Positions 29,290 through 40,691 are shown, counted from the stretch's first letter. The stretch: DNA of 64,000 nt from an uncultured Acidobacteriota bacterium (GCA_963827655.1 CAWHCF010000013.1:32001-96000), one strand, 5' to 3'. A program made the numbers and translations. Notes: generated by a model from the letters alone, not told the origin.

Positions 29290-32200
29290 ATGAACAAGAG
29301 AACATCCAGTTATTGTGGTGGCGCGCTTTGCCTGTTACTTCTCGTCGCGACGGCCGGCGCGCAACAGTTTACCGGAACACTTCAGGGCGTTGTCCGGGAC
29401 GCGAGCGGCGCGGTCATTCCCGGCGCTGAAGTATCCGTGACCAACGCGGGCACCAACCAAAGCCGAATCCTGATCACCGATGCCAGCGGAGCCTACGTGG
29501 CTCCCCTCTTGAAGCCGGGAACCTATCGCGTCTCGGTAAGGCTGACGGGCTTCAAGACCTCGACGATCGACGAGGTCAAGATTGACGTTCAGCAGACGCG
29601 CGTTGTCGACCTGCGTCTCGATGTCGGCGAGATGAACGATACCGTGAACGTCTCGGCGAACGCTGCAGCGCTCGAAGTCTCGACCTCAACCGTCAACCAG
29701 ACCATCGAGAACAAACGGATTGTCGATCTGCCGCTGAACGGCCGCAATCCTTTCACTCTGGCGACGCTGAGCCCCGGCGTGATTCCGGCTCCCGGCTCCT
29801 CCCCCTGGATCAGCGGGGGACGCAATGCCACGAGCGAAGTTACCATCGATGGCGTCTCGAACGTGGGGCCGGAAAACAACGTCTCAATCCTCGATCTGCT
29901 CTACACTCCCTCGGTGGACGCCGTCCAGGAATTCAACGTTCAGACCAATGTGGTCAGCGCCGAGTTCGGGCGGCTCGGCGGCGGGGTGATCAACGTCATT
30001 ACCCGCAGCGGTACCAACGCATTCCACGCCAGCTTGTATGAGTTTCACCGCAATTCGGCCCTGGATGCGAACAACTTCTTCAGCAATCGGGCCGGCATTC
30101 CACTGCGCAGCTTCAAGCGCAACCAGTTCGGCGCGACCGCGGGCGGCCCGGTCGTGATTCCGGGACTCTACCGCGGACGCGATCGCACGTTCTTTTTCGT
30201 CGACTACGAAGGACAGCGACAGAGCGCCGCGAGTGTCTCGACTTTCACCGTGCCGCTCAACGAATGGCGTCGCGGCGACTTCTCGGGCTTGCGCAATGCG
30301 TCCGGGAATCCGATTCTCATCTACGATCCGCTGACCACGCGCGAAGTCAGTCCGGGAAGATTTGCCCGCGATCCCTTTGCGGGGAACATCATTCCCGAGA
30401 CGCGCATCAATCCGGTCGCGCGCAGCGTGATGCCGTTCTGGCCGCAGCCCAACGTCGCTCCCACAAGCGTGTTTACCCAGACCAATAACTATGCGGCCGC
30501 CGGATCGGCCGTGAGCGACTTCGACAAGTTCGACGCGCGCGTCGACCACAACATTCTTCCGAACTGGCGGGTCTTCGTTCGTGGCTCGGCGCAGTGGGGC
30601 AAAGGCATACCCGTCAACTTCTTCGGCAATGTCGCCACCCCCAGCGGCTCCGGGCCAAGCGACAGCGGGAACCGGAGTGTCACAATCGATCAGGCCATCA
30701 CGCTCAACCCCAGGCTGCTGTTGAACGTCCGCTACGGTTTCGGGCGCCGCTTCACCAACGCGCGGCCGTTTTCGACCGGCTACGATTTCACTCAGCTCGG
30801 TTTTCCGCAATCCGTAAAGCGCGCCGCGGAGCTTCAGGCGCTCGAGTTCCCGCGCTTTAACGCCAGCGGGCTGACGTCTCTTGGGCAGCCGACTTTCACC
30901 GATCTGGACATCCTGCCGATGACTCACTCGTTCAACGTAAATCTGACACAGACGACCGGACGGCACACCCTCAAGTGGGGCATGGACTACCGCAAGCTGA
31001 TGATTAATTTCCTCCAGCTCGGTCAGCCTTCGGGAGAGTACAGCTTTGATTCCCGCTGGACGCAGCTGGATCCCAACGTAGCCAGCTCGACGGCCGGGTT
31101 CGGCCTCGCCTCGCTGCTGATCGGCGTTCCGACCGGCGGGCAGATCAGCCACGACCCCACGCCCGCATCGGCCAGCTCTTACTGGGCCTGGTACCTCCAG
31201 GACGATTGGAAGCTGACCTCGCGTCTGACCCTTAACCTCGGCTTGCGCTACGAGCTCGACGTACCACGAACCGAGCGGTTCGATCGGCTGGCCATTTTCC
31301 GTTTCGACGCCCCCTCACCGATCGCGGGCCGGGTCGCGGGGTTCCCGAACCTGAGAGGCGCGATGGACTTCGTCGATGAGGACAACCGGCGCCAGGCGCC
31401 GACCGACAGGAACAACTGGGGTCCGCGCTTCGGATTCGCTTATAACCTGACCGACAAGACCGTCGTGCGCGGCGCCTACGGCGTTTTCTTCTCGGCCTCG
31501 GCGCTGCAGGCTGCAGGGCACACCGGAACGGCGGGGATGGAGGGTTTTCGCAGTTCGACTCCCTTCGTCACCAGCCTGGACGGCCGCACACCCCTCAACT
31601 TCCTCGAGAATCCCTTTCCCGACGGCTTCAACTTTCCCACCGGAAAGTCGCTGGGCGCCGAGACGTTCCTGGGTCTCGGGGTTAGCGAGAGCGTCTTCGT
31701 CGACGACGCCAATCCGTACATTCAGCAGTGGAATTTCAATCTGCAGCGGGAGATGCCCGGGAGTGTCGTCTTTGAGGCGGCCTACATTGGATCGAAGGGG
31801 ACGCGCCTGATCGATGGCGAAAGCGGTGTCGTGCTGAACCAGCTGCCGGTGGAATTTCAAAGGTTGGGAACGCAGCTGCAGAATCTGGTTCCCAATCCCT
31901 TTTTTGGCGTAATCACGAATCCGGTTTCGACGCTCAGCCGGTCCGAGGTACAGCTGGGCCAGCTGTTGCGTCCTTATCCGCAGTACACGGCCGTCAACGG
32001 TTTCCGCAAGCCGAATGGGTTTTCCATCTATCACGCGCTCACCCTTAGAGCCGACAAACGCTTCTCGCGCGGCCTCAGCTTCCTGGCGTCGTACACCTGG
32101 GGCAAACTGATCGACGACGTATCGCAGACCGTGACCTTCCTGGGACCGGCCGGAAACAAGCAGGACGCTTACAACCGCAAGGCCGAGCGTTCGATCTCGA

Positions 32201-32766
32201 CTCAGGACGTGGCGCAGCGCCTGGTTCTCAGCTACGTGTATGAGCTCCCCTTCGGGACGAACAAGCGGTTATTCAACGGTGACGGCTGGGCCACGCGCTG
32301 GTTACTGAGCGGGTGGCAATTCAACGGTATCACGACTTTTCAGGGCGGGACGCCGCTGATTATCACGAGCGGACAGAACAACACCGGCCTCTTCAGCCCC
32401 GGACAGCGCCCGAACACAAATGGCGAGAGCGCGCGCCTGACAGGCGGAACGCGTTCCGAGCGCATAGCGAAGTGGTTTGACACTTCGGTTTTTTCCTTTG
32501 CGCCGCCGTTTACTTTTGGCAGTGTGCCGCGGACATTGCCGGACGCTCGCACGCCAGGGACGAGCCTTTGGGACCTCTCGGTTTTCAAAAACACAACTTT
32601 TGGAGAGGGGAGGTACACGGTCCAGTTCCGGGCGGAGTTCTTCAATGCATTCAACAACGTCAACCTCAACGCCCCGGAACAAAGCCTGGCGTCGGGTAGC
32701 TTTGGCGCAATCTCGGCGGCCGGAGGCCCGCGTCAGATCCAGGTTGCGTTGAAGCTGCTGTTCTGA
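29290..32766 (+). CDS. TonB-dependent receptor, Oar-like with carboxypeptidase-regulatory-like N-domain
   Basis: LPLNGRN, DAVQEF, SGTN.FH, YLQDDWK, PRFGFAY, FRAEFFN and RQIQVALKLLF motifs. Confidence 0.93.
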   Translation: MNKRTSSYCGGALCLLLLVATAGAQQFTGTLQGVVRDASGAVIPGAEVSVTNAGTNQSRILITDASGAYVAPLLKPGTYRVSVRLTGFKTSTIDEVKIDVQQTRVVDLRLDVGEMNDTVNVSANAAALEVSTSTVNQTIENKRIVDLPLNGRNPFTLATLSPGVIPAPGSSPWISGGRNATSEVTIDGVSNVGPENNVSILDLLYTPSVDAVQEFNVQTNVVSAEFGRLGGGVINVITRSGTNAFHASLYEFHRNSALDANNFFSNRAGIPLRSFKRNQFGATAGGPVVIPGLYRGRDRTFFFVDYEGQRQSAASVSTFTVPLNEWRRGDFSGLRNASGNPILIYDPLTTREVSPGRFARDPFAGNIIPETRINPVARSVMPFWPQPNVAPTSVFTQTNNYAAAGSAVSDFDKFDARVDHNILPNWRVFVRGSAQWGKGIPVNFFGNVATPSGSGPSDSGNRSVTIDQAITLNPRLLLNVRYGFGRRFTNARPFSTGYDFTQLGFPQSVKRAAELQALEFPRFNASGLTSLGQPTFTDLDILPMTHSFNVNLTQTTGRHTLKWGMDYRKLMINFLQLGQPSGEYSFDSRWTQLDPNVASSTAGFGLASLLIGVPTGGQISHDPTPASASSYWAWYLQDDWKLTSRLTLNLGLRYELDVPRTERFDRLAIFRFDAPSPIAGRVAGFPNLRGAMDFVDEDNRRQAPTDRNNWGPRFGFAYNLTDKTVVRGAYGVFFSASALQAAGHTGTAGMEGFRSSTPFVTSLDGRTPLNFLENPFPDGFNFPTGKSLGAETFLGLGVSESVFVDDANPYIQQWNFNLQREMPGSVVFEAAYIGSKGTRLIDGESGVVLNQLPVEFQRLGTQLQNLVPNPFFGVITNPVSTLSRSEVQLGQLLRPYPQYTAVNGFRKPNGFSIYHALTLRADKRFSRGLSFLASYTWGKLIDDVSQTVTFLGPAGNKQDAYNRKAERSISTQDVAQRLVLSYVYELPFGTNKRLFNGDGWATRWLLSGWQFNGITTFQGGTPLIITSGQNNTGLFSPGQRPNTNGESARLTGGTRSERIAKWFDTSVFSFAPPFTFGSVPRTLPDARTPGTSLWDLSVFKNTTFGEGRYTVQFRAEFFNAFNNVNLNAPEQSLASGSFGAISAAGGPRQIQVALKLLF

Positions 32767-32806
32767 TCAGACCAGCCTGGAGGTTGCGGTTGTGTAGCTT
32801 TTGGCA

Positions 32807-32880
32807 ATTGACTGGCCGATACCGTGGCCGAGCGCTACGTCAATCTGGGTTGTGCTCGGCCACGGATTGAACCGGTCAAT
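32807..32880. repeat. Imperfect inverted repeat (stem-loop) between convergent genes
   Basis: CCGTGGCCGAGC / GCTCGGCCACGG with outer arms ATTGACTGG / CCGGTCAAT. Confidence 0.6.
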
Positions 32881-33044
32881 CGATTCTTTCACGGAATGTC
32901 GCGGAAGAAGCAGCCTGGCTTGCCTGGAAAACATCGGGTACGCGGTCAGGCGGACTGTTTCGGGGGAGCGGATCAACAACCGGTCGGCGATGACCCCCAA
33001 AAGCGGAAAACCCAACAAACTGGAATACACCAAAACCGATTGAT

Positions 33045-34121
33045 CTACCGCAGGGTGCGGATGAAGCTGCGGATGACCTCGCTCTTTTCGTCCGGTCGTT
33101 CCGTGTATTGATGGACTTCCAGCCCACCGATGTCGCTGGGCAGCTCGAGATCACTTTCTCTAACCAGCAGGAGCAGGCGGTCGAGTCCCAGTCGGCCCCA
33201 GAACCATCCCAACTCGAGCCAGACGTTCTGGCGCGCCCGCTTTCGGAGGTTGGTTCCACCGGCGATCCCTCCGAGATCGTCGGGCGTCGCCACGACGATC
33301 GCGCCCTGCCCCTCGCCGGCGAGCCGTTCAAGCTTCGCCGGTAAGGTAGCGCCGGACACGAACTCCTCCTTCATTACCGTGAGTTGCACATTCAGCTCGT
33401 CCTCGTGTCGATTGAGAAAATTCTCCAGCAATTCGTGATCGAGGCCGTGTCCGTGGACGATGAAGATCTTCAACCGACGAGGGCCTTCGGCCCCGAGAGC
33501 TTTGAGTGCCAAGGACCGAACAGTGTCGTTCCAGGGATTCTCGAACTGGCTCAACAGATCCGGCTCGAGCATATGAGCGCGCCAGTCGTCCGATGCGCGG
33601 TTGAATGTATTCCGAAACTCATAGATCAGTTCGGCTCCCGCCCCGCCGAACGCGCCTACAGGAACGACGCGGCGGCGGCTGACCGCGCCGGCGATTCCCG
33701 CGTAATAGGCCTTTTCCGCTCCCCCGAGAATTACCGCCGCATCGGAATGCCGAATGACGCTCAGCTTGAGGAAAGCCGGCTCATCCGGACCCCAGCGCTC
33801 CGTCAGGAACGTCAGAGTGGACCGCCAATTTGCGAACAGGTCCGCTTCTTGAATTTTCGGCCGCACGAGCAGGATTTTGCCGCGGTTGTTCGCTGGGTCG
33901 AGCTTGACCGCCTGAGCAGCACCCTCGACGGCATGGTAGTCGGCGGTGCCGGGCTCACCCGAGGCGACAACCAGGGTGTGGCCGAGAGTGAAGATCCGGG
34001 AGCCAAGCGAACGACACGCCTCAGGGAAGATCTCGTGGTTCTTCGTGTGCCACTTGCTCTCGCCGGCCGTCTCGTGAGTTCCGGCCGCCGCCACCAGACC
34101 GCCGAGGAACGCGATATTCAT
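33045..34121 (-). CDS. SLOG-like domain fused to a CAP12/Pycsar-type TIR-like domain
   Basis: C-terminus: KIFIVHGH, VVATPDD, RARQNVWLELGWF, LPSDIGG. N-terminus: IAFLGG, LGHTLVV, AVILGG, VVPVGAFGGAG. Confidence 0.8.
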   Translation of the reverse strand: MNIAFLGGLVAAAGTHETAGESKWHTKNHEIFPEACRSLGSRIFTLGHTLVVASGEPGTADYHAVEGAAQAVKLDPANNRGKILLVRPKIQEADLFANWRSTLTFLTERWGPDEPAFLKLSVIRHSDAAVILGGAEKAYYAGIAGAVSRRRVVPVGAFGGAGAELIYEFRNTFNRASDDWRAHMLEPDLLSQFENPWNDTVRSLALKALGAEGPRRLKIFIVHGHGLDHELLENFLNRHEDELNVQLTVMKEEFVSGATLPAKLERLAGEGQGAIVVATPDDLGGIAGGTNLRKRARQNVWLELGWFWGRLGLDRLLLLVRESDLELPSDIGGLEVHQYTERPDEKSEVIRSFIRTLR

Positions 34122-34279
34122 GAGTCCAGACTCTACTTTCGGCGTGGGAGTCCGTCAATCGCTCGCTTGATTCTGGCACCGTCAGGAACTGCTCGCCGCT
34201 GGTTACGTATCTATGGGAGTTACCGCTCAGAAGCAAAAGCCACCACTAAGGGTTCGCGCAGAAATAGGTTCGCATTCTG

Positions 34280-34380
34280 CTGCAGGCCCCCAGGCCCGCT
34301 GGCGAGGCGCGAGCGACGATGCGTACCCGGTGCGGTACGTGAGGAGCGAGCAACAAAGCCAGCGGGCCTGCGGGCCGCAG
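34280..34380. repeat. Long GC-rich hairpin, MITE-like or structured RNA
   Basis: CAGGCCCGCTGGC (34291-34303) pairs with GCCAGCGGGCCTG (34358-34370); inner CGTACC / GGTACG stem. Confidence 0.6.
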
Positions 34381-34516
34381 CCGACGGGCGCGATCCTCAG
34401 CGTGTTAGCCTCGCCACGGAATTGTGATTTATAATGGGCGCGGTCGGCGCCGCCGGGCGCAGCAAGATTCACTGTCGGTGGCGCGGACCAAACCAGCTTG
34501 CATCAGGGGGGAAGAG

Positions 34517-37500
34517 ATGCATAGGTTCACCAGAGTTTGCCGGCACGCCGGATGGATTGGCATTCTGTCTCTGTTTGCGGTCTCCACTGTTTATGCTCAG
34601 GTCTCCACCGGGAGCATTGCAGGCCAAGTCACGGATCAGTCGCGCGCCGTGGTGCCGTCGGCCGCTGTGACCCTGACCAATGAGGGAACGGGCGCCGAGA
34701 GAAACACGAAAACCGATTCGGCGGGCAACTACGTGTTTCCGCTGGTTGCGCCGGGCACCTACCTGCTGCGGGCGGTGGCGCCAGGGTTCAGCTCGTATGA
34801 AGTTTCCGGCCTCGAGGTGCAGGTGGCGCAACAGGTAACCCACAATCTTCAGCTCCGGGTGGGAGACACTGCCACCAAACTCGAAGTGGTGGCAACCACT
34901 CCCGTGCTGGAACAACGAAATGCGGAAATAGGGCAAGTCATCGGACAGAGGGAAGTGGTCGAGCTGCCGCTGAACGGACGCAACTTTCTTGATCTCGCCA
35001 AGCTGGTTCCAGGGGTCACCGAGCTGGCCGGGACCTCGCAAAGCAACGGGCTGGCGATCAACGGGCAGCGCGCCAACCAGATCGGCTTCTACTTCGACGG
35101 CGTGGACACGCGGACCGAGACAAGCGGCAGACCGGCCTTCGCGCCCTCGATCGAGGCGATCCAGGAATTCAAGATTCAGCAGAATGACTTCGCCGCGGAA
35201 TATGGGCGAAACCCGGCCGGCATCAATCTTACGCTGAAGCCGGGAACGAACGAGTTTCATGGCAGCCTGTTCGAGTTTCTGAGGAACGATGCTCTCGACG
35301 CGCGCAGCTTTTTTTCACCCAGCGTGGACCCGCTGCGCCGAAATCAGTTTGGCGCGGTGGTGAGCGGGCCGGTGGTGCGCAACAGGACATTCGTGATGGG
35401 CGATTATGAGGGATTGCGCACCCGGCGGGCGAATACGTTGTTCCGGAGTGTTCCGACCAACGAACAGCGAGAAGGGAACTTCGCGGGCGGCCCGCAAATC
35501 TTCGATCCGCTCACGCTGAATCCGTCAACCAACACGCGGCAGCCCTTTCCCGGCAATGTCATTCCCAAGACGCGCTTCGGCCAGATGGGAAACTCGAGCC
35601 TGAAATACTATCCCGCGCCGAATACACCGCCGTCGGGCGGCTTCAACTACGTGGTCAGCGATTCAGGGCGCAATGACGGGGATCAGTTTCACACCCGGAT
35701 CGATCACCAGATCGGTGAGAAAGACTCGCTGTTTGGAAGGTATTCCTACAGCCAGGGAGAAGTAATATCTCCTGCCGGTTTACCCTTGACCGGCGGACTG
35801 CAGGAAACGAAGGCGAACAGCATCACGGTCCAGGAATCGCACACGTTCAGCGCGACCAAAGTCAACCAGTTTCGGGTCTACTGGACCTATTTCAAGGACC
35901 GTGCGGGGTTTCCTCTTGCCGATCGTAATCTCGCCGCGGAGGAGTTCGGCCTGCTGAATCTCACTCCGGCGAGCACGGCTTACGGCCTGCCTCAGCTGAT
36001 TGTGACCGGGCTCACGACCATGGGCGCTAATCCGTTTCAGCCGTTCGGGCCGCGGGAAAACATGTATGGTCTGGCCGACGATTTCAGCTGGATCGCGGGC
36101 CGCCACGCGATGAAGTTCGGGTTTCGACGGGCGTTACTATCGTCCGGCCGCGCTGGTCCAGCAGACACCGAACAGCATTCTGACTTTCGAAAACCGGTTC
36201 ACGAACCAGCCCGGCGTTTCCGGAACGGGAAGCGCGGTAGCCGACCTCTTGCTCGGGTTTCCCTATTCCGGCCGGGCTACCCAGTTCGCGGAGAGCAACG
36301 GGTGGGTGACGCTGAAGTATTACTACTTCGGATTCTACGTTCAGGACGAGATCCGGCTGACTCCAACCTTCACGATTAACGTAGGGCTGCGCTACGAGTA
36401 CCAGACTCCTTACTACGAGCGGTTTGGCGACCTCGCGATATTCGACCTGGCGAACTCCAGGTTTCTGAAGCTGGACGAAGATATCGACCGGCTGCACGAT
36501 CCGGATCTCAACAACTTTGCTCCGCGTGTCGGATTCGCTTACTCTGTGACACCCAGGACGGTGTTGCGAGCCGGCGCCGGAGTCTTTTACGGCCAGCCGC
36601 GCGGATCCGAATTCTCGTCGTTCCAGTTGTCGCCGCCGTTTGTCATCGATGGCACTCTTGTCTCCAATCCGCTGACGCCCGATCTGATCGGCAGGCTATT
36701 CCCCAGGCCACAGGTGCGCGACCCCGCGACTGGCCAGATACTCCTGTCGCCCAACACCAACGTTTTCTCGCTCGATCCCGGTTTCCGCACCAACTACACC
36801 TATCAATGGAATTTCGGCATCCAGCAGGAGCTGGCCAATGGCTTGCTCTTCGAAGCGGCGTACGTCGGCAACAGCGCCCACAAGCTCACGGGGCGCGATC
36901 TCCCCAACCAGGCCGTCCCCGACCCGGACCCGTCGAGGCCTACGCCGGTAATCAGCCGCCGTCCCAACCCGAACATCGGCGATGTCAGCTATGTCAGTTC
37001 GCTCGACAATTCCAACTACCACGGTTTGAATGTGAAGCTGAACAACCGGTTCGCCAACGGTATTTCGGTCCTGGGCGCGTACACTTACTCCAAGGTGATG
37101 GGAATCGGCGGCGCGCTATTCGGCGACCAGTCCCGCCAGGCGGACGCGCGCAATCGCCGGGCCGAGTACGCGCGGCTGGAATTCGACCAGAGCCAGCGGC
37201 TGACCGTCGCCTGGATCTATGAGCTTCCGTTTGGAAGGGGCAAGGCGCTAGGCTCGAACCTCTCCGGAGCGGCGGGGGCGTTCGCGGGCGGCTGGTCCAT
37301 CCAGGGCGCGTACACGGCGCACTCGGGATTCCCGTTGACGCCGGCGTCCAGCGTTTCTTCGAACGTGGGCAGGCAGGACGTGAATCGGCCCGATCGCCTC
37401 TGCGACGGCAACCTGGGCGGAGACGAGCGCACGCTGAACCGCTGGTTTGACACCAGCTGTTTCGCGAATCAGCCCTTCGGGCGCTTCGGCACTTCCGGAA

Positions 37501-37742
37501 ACGGGGTGATCATCGGCCCGGGCGTGAACAACTTCGACTTCACGATCATGAAGAACACCGCAATTCCGCTGGGATCCCGCGAACCGGCGACGCTGCAGTT
37601 TCGCGCGGAATTCTTCAACGGATTCAACCACCCCTCGTTCGGAGACCCCAATCTAGGCACCGGCACCGCACAATTCGGCGTGATTCGCAGCACGCGGATC
37701 AATGGCCGGGAGATCCAGCTGGCGCTGAAGTTCTTGTTCTGA
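34517..37742 (+). CDS. TonB-dependent receptor, Oar-like (one frameshift at about 36123)
   Basis: ORFs 34424..36379 and 36249..37742 join (KFG-FDGRYY); ends REIQLALKFLF. Confidence 0.9.
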
Positions 37743-37744
37743 CC

Positions 37745-39262
37745 ATGACCCATACCTCGAGAGATGCCCCAACGACAGAGCCGGATATTGCCCTGCCGAC
37801 TCCCCGGATACCACGGCGAAAGCCGCTGACTGCGCACGTTGGCGTCTTCGGCGTCGGCCACCACAGCTACTGGCCGCAATTCGAGGGACTGCTGGAGGAG
37901 ATGCATCGGAAGCTCGCGGTCTTCACTGCCAAAGTTCGCGCTTGCGGGGTGCGGGTGACCGATTTCGGCTTGGTAGACGACGCTCGGTCGGCCTACGCAC
38001 TGCGCGACCGGCTCAAAGCCGCCGGGCTCGATCTCATCTTTTGCGACCTGGTGACCTACGCCACTTCGGCGACGTTCGGCGCCATCATCCGCGATCTCGA
38101 CGTGCCGATCGTGCTCGTGGCGTTACAGCCGCTCGAGGCCATGGATTACTCGCGGGCGTCGACCTTCATGCAGCTCTGCAACGACGACTTCTGCTCGGTG
38201 CCCGAGTTCACCGGCGTGGCCATCCGGATGGGGAAGAGACCGCCGCCGCTGGTTCTGGGAACTCTGGAAGGCGATGCCGAAGCCGATGCCGAAATTGCCG
38301 GCTGGTGCCGGATCGCGCGCGTGCTGCACGATCTGAAGCATGCCCGGATCGGTCATTTCGGGCACGTGCTCGAGAACATGCTCGACATGCACACCGACCA
38401 CACGGCGTTGACCGCGTCTTTCGGCTGTCACATCGTGCAAACCGAAGCTGACGAGCTCATGCGGCACTTCCGTAAAGTCTCGGACGCCGATGTTGAGCCG
38501 AGGAAGAATCAGATCCTCGAGATCTTTGAGACTCCCGACCCGAAGTCCGATCCGATTACGAGAAAATTGACCCCCGAGGACCTGGACCTGGCAGCCCGGG
38601 TTGCGGTGGCGCTCGAGCGGTTCGTCGACGAACTTGAACTGGACGGCCTCACCTATTACTACGAAGGGGAGCCGGACAGTCCGATGCGGCGGCTGGTGAG
38701 CAACCTGACCGTCGGCAACTCGCTGCTGACCGCGGCCGGATTCCCGATGTGCGGCGAGGCGGATCTCAAGACCTGCATCGCCATGCTGATTGAAGACCGG
38801 CTGGACATTGGCGGCAGCTTCGCTGAGTTTCACCCCATCGACTTCAGGGAGGGATTCGTCCTCGTGGGACACGACGGCCCGCATCACCTCAACATTGCCG
38901 ATGGAAGGCCCATTCTGCGCAGTCTGGTGAAGTATCACGGCAAGCCCGGCTCCGGCGCCAGTGTGGAGTTCAAGATCAAAGAGGGGCCCATCACCATGCT
39001 CGGCATCGGGATCACCTATGGCGGGCGGTTCAAATTCGTCATCGCCGAAGGGCAGAGTGTTCACGGTCCCATACCGCCCACCGGCAATACCAATACCCGC
39101 GGCTTCTTCCGGCCCGATGTCCGGACGTTCCTGAAGCGCTGGGTGGCAGAGGGGCCGACTCACCACTTTGCCTTGGGTATCGGGCACCACGCTGAACTCG
39201 TTCAGCGGGTGGGACAGATTCTGGGCCTGGAGACCGCCGTCGTTGCCCGGGGGTCGGACTGA
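37745..39262 (+). CDS. L-fucose/L-arabinose isomerase family protein
   Basis: CSVPE, GEADLKT, SFAEFH, GHDGPHH and GPTHHFALG motifs. Confidence 0.85.
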   Translation: MTHTSRDAPTTEPDIALPTPRIPRRKPLTAHVGVFGVGHHSYWPQFEGLLEEMHRKLAVFTAKVRACGVRVTDFGLVDDARSAYALRDRLKAAGLDLIFCDLVTYATSATFGAIIRDLDVPIVLVALQPLEAMDYSRASTFMQLCNDDFCSVPEFTGVAIRMGKRPPPLVLGTLEGDAEADAEIAGWCRIARVLHDLKHARIGHFGHVLENMLDMHTDHTALTASFGCHIVQTEADELMRHFRKVSDADVEPRKNQILEIFETPDPKSDPITRKLTPEDLDLAARVAVALERFVDELELDGLTYYYEGEPDSPMRRLVSNLTVGNSLLTAAGFPMCGEADLKTCIAMLIEDRLDIGGSFAEFHPIDFREGFVLVGHDGPHHLNIADGRPILRSLVKYHGKPGSGASVEFKIKEGPITMLGIGITYGGRFKFVIAEGQSVHGPIPPTGNTNTRGFFRPDVRTFLKRWVAEGPTHHFALGIGHHAELVQRVGQILGLETAVVARGSD

Positions 39263-40534
39263 TTGCTGCTCGCCGGGCGCTTCCGCTGGTTCATCGCAAT
39301 CCTCCTCTTTCTTGCCTCGGCGCTGAGCTTTTTCGACCGGCAGGTATTGTCGGTGCTGGCTCCCGAGATCCTGGCCGACCTGCGCATGACCAACGTCGAG
39401 TATTCCCATGCAGTGTCGGCCTTCACTCTGGCCTACAGCATCATGTTCACGGTCGGCGGACGGCTGGTGGACTATGTCGGGACCCGTCTGGGACTCGGCC
39501 TGTCGGTTGCGTTCTGGACGGTGGCCAGCCTTCTCCATAGCCTGGTTCAGAGCAGCCCGGAGCTGAGTTTCTTCCGATTCCTGCTCGGAGCGGGAGAAGG
39601 GGGCTGTTTTCCCGGCGCAGCCAGGGGGATCCTGGAATGGTTTCCGGCGCGGGAACGCGCGCTGGCCATGGGCATCGCCACCACGGGCGGTTCGGCGATC
39701 GGCGCTGTGCTGGCGCCGCCGCTGATCGTGTGGGCTGCGGCGCAGACCGGGTGGCGGGGCGCCTTCGTCGTGACGGGGTTGATCGGCGCGGTGTGGGTTT
39801 TCCTGTGGTTTGCGTTCTACCGGCAACCCGAACAGTCACGCTTTGCTACGGACGTCGAACGAAACCACATACTGGCCGATCGTACCCGGCAGACTGATGA
39901 GCGTGCGCGGCGTCCCTGGCCGCTCGCAAAGCTTCTTTCCCGCAAAGAAGTCTGGGGCGTCACCCTGACACGCTTCCTGCTCGACCCGGTCTTCTATTTC
40001 TACATGTTCTGGATCCCGCAGTATCTGCATCAGGAGCGGGGCGCCTCGCTGCAGGACATTGGACGCCTGACGTGGATTCCCTTTTTCACGCTCGGCGTTT
40101 CTTCGCTGGCAGGCGGCGCCGTGTCGGACATTCTGGTGCGGCGCGGCTGGACCACCGGCCGCGCGCGCAAGACCATCATGGCGGCGGCGGCCTTTCTGAC
40201 GCCGGTCTCGATTCTGGCGTTATATGCTCCGGATTCGTTCTGGGCTGTGGTTCTTCTCGGCGTCCTGATGTTCGCGCACGGATTCTGGATGACCAACTAC
40301 ATGACACTCATCGCCGACCTGTTCCCGCCTTCCACTGTCGCGACGGTGGTGGGTCTCACCGGAACGGCGGGGGGCATCGGAGGTTTTCTGTCGAGCCTCA
40401 TGGTTGGCCGATTCGTCGAAGCCTGGTCATTCACGCCGGCGTTCGTGATTTGCGGGATACTCTACCCGGTCGGGCTGGTGATCATTCTCGTGACGATTCG
40501 GCGCGCGGAAGCCCAAGTGGAGTTGCAACAGTAG
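39263..40534 (+). CDS. MFS transporter (ExuT/ACS-like)
   Basis: FFDRQ, GRLVDYVG, RFLLGAGEGG, EWFPARERA and FYMFWIP motifs. Confidence 0.9.
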   Translation: MLLAGRFRWFIAILLFLASALSFFDRQVLSVLAPEILADLRMTNVEYSHAVSAFTLAYSIMFTVGGRLVDYVGTRLGLGLSVAFWTVASLLHSLVQSSPELSFFRFLLGAGEGGCFPGAARGILEWFPARERALAMGIATTGGSAIGAVLAPPLIVWAAAQTGWRGAFVVTGLIGAVWVFLWFAFYRQPEQSRFATDVERNHILADRTRQTDERARRPWPLAKLLSRKEVWGVTLTRFLLDPVFYFYMFWIPQYLHQERGASLQDIGRLTWIPFFTLGVSSLAGGAVSDILVRRGWTTGRARKTIMAAAAFLTPVSILALYAPDSFWAVVLLGVLMFAHGFWMTNYMTLIADLFPPSTVATVVGLTGTAGGIGGFLSSLMVGRFVEAWSFTPAFVICGILYPVGLVIILVTIRRAEAQVELQQ

Positions 40535-40691
40535 CATCACCCCACTAACCACGAAGACTCGAAGACACCAAGAAACGCGAAGTCCCACGACGGTTCGACC
40601 CGTGGCAGCTCAGTTTCTTAACGGAGCATCGGCATCGTGGTATGGTGCTGTGACTTCCTTGAGTGCCAACCCCAAAACACTGGAGGCTAGA

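Noticed and set aside
36110-36135. Programmed frameshift or phase variation in the TonB-dependent receptor
   Set aside because: No long homopolymer or slippery motif. Similar single indels occur in many unrelated genes, consistent with sequencing error.
38123-39826. 567-aa antisense ORF
   Set aside because: Shadow of the well-supported isomerase and MFS genes in GC-rich DNA; no motifs.
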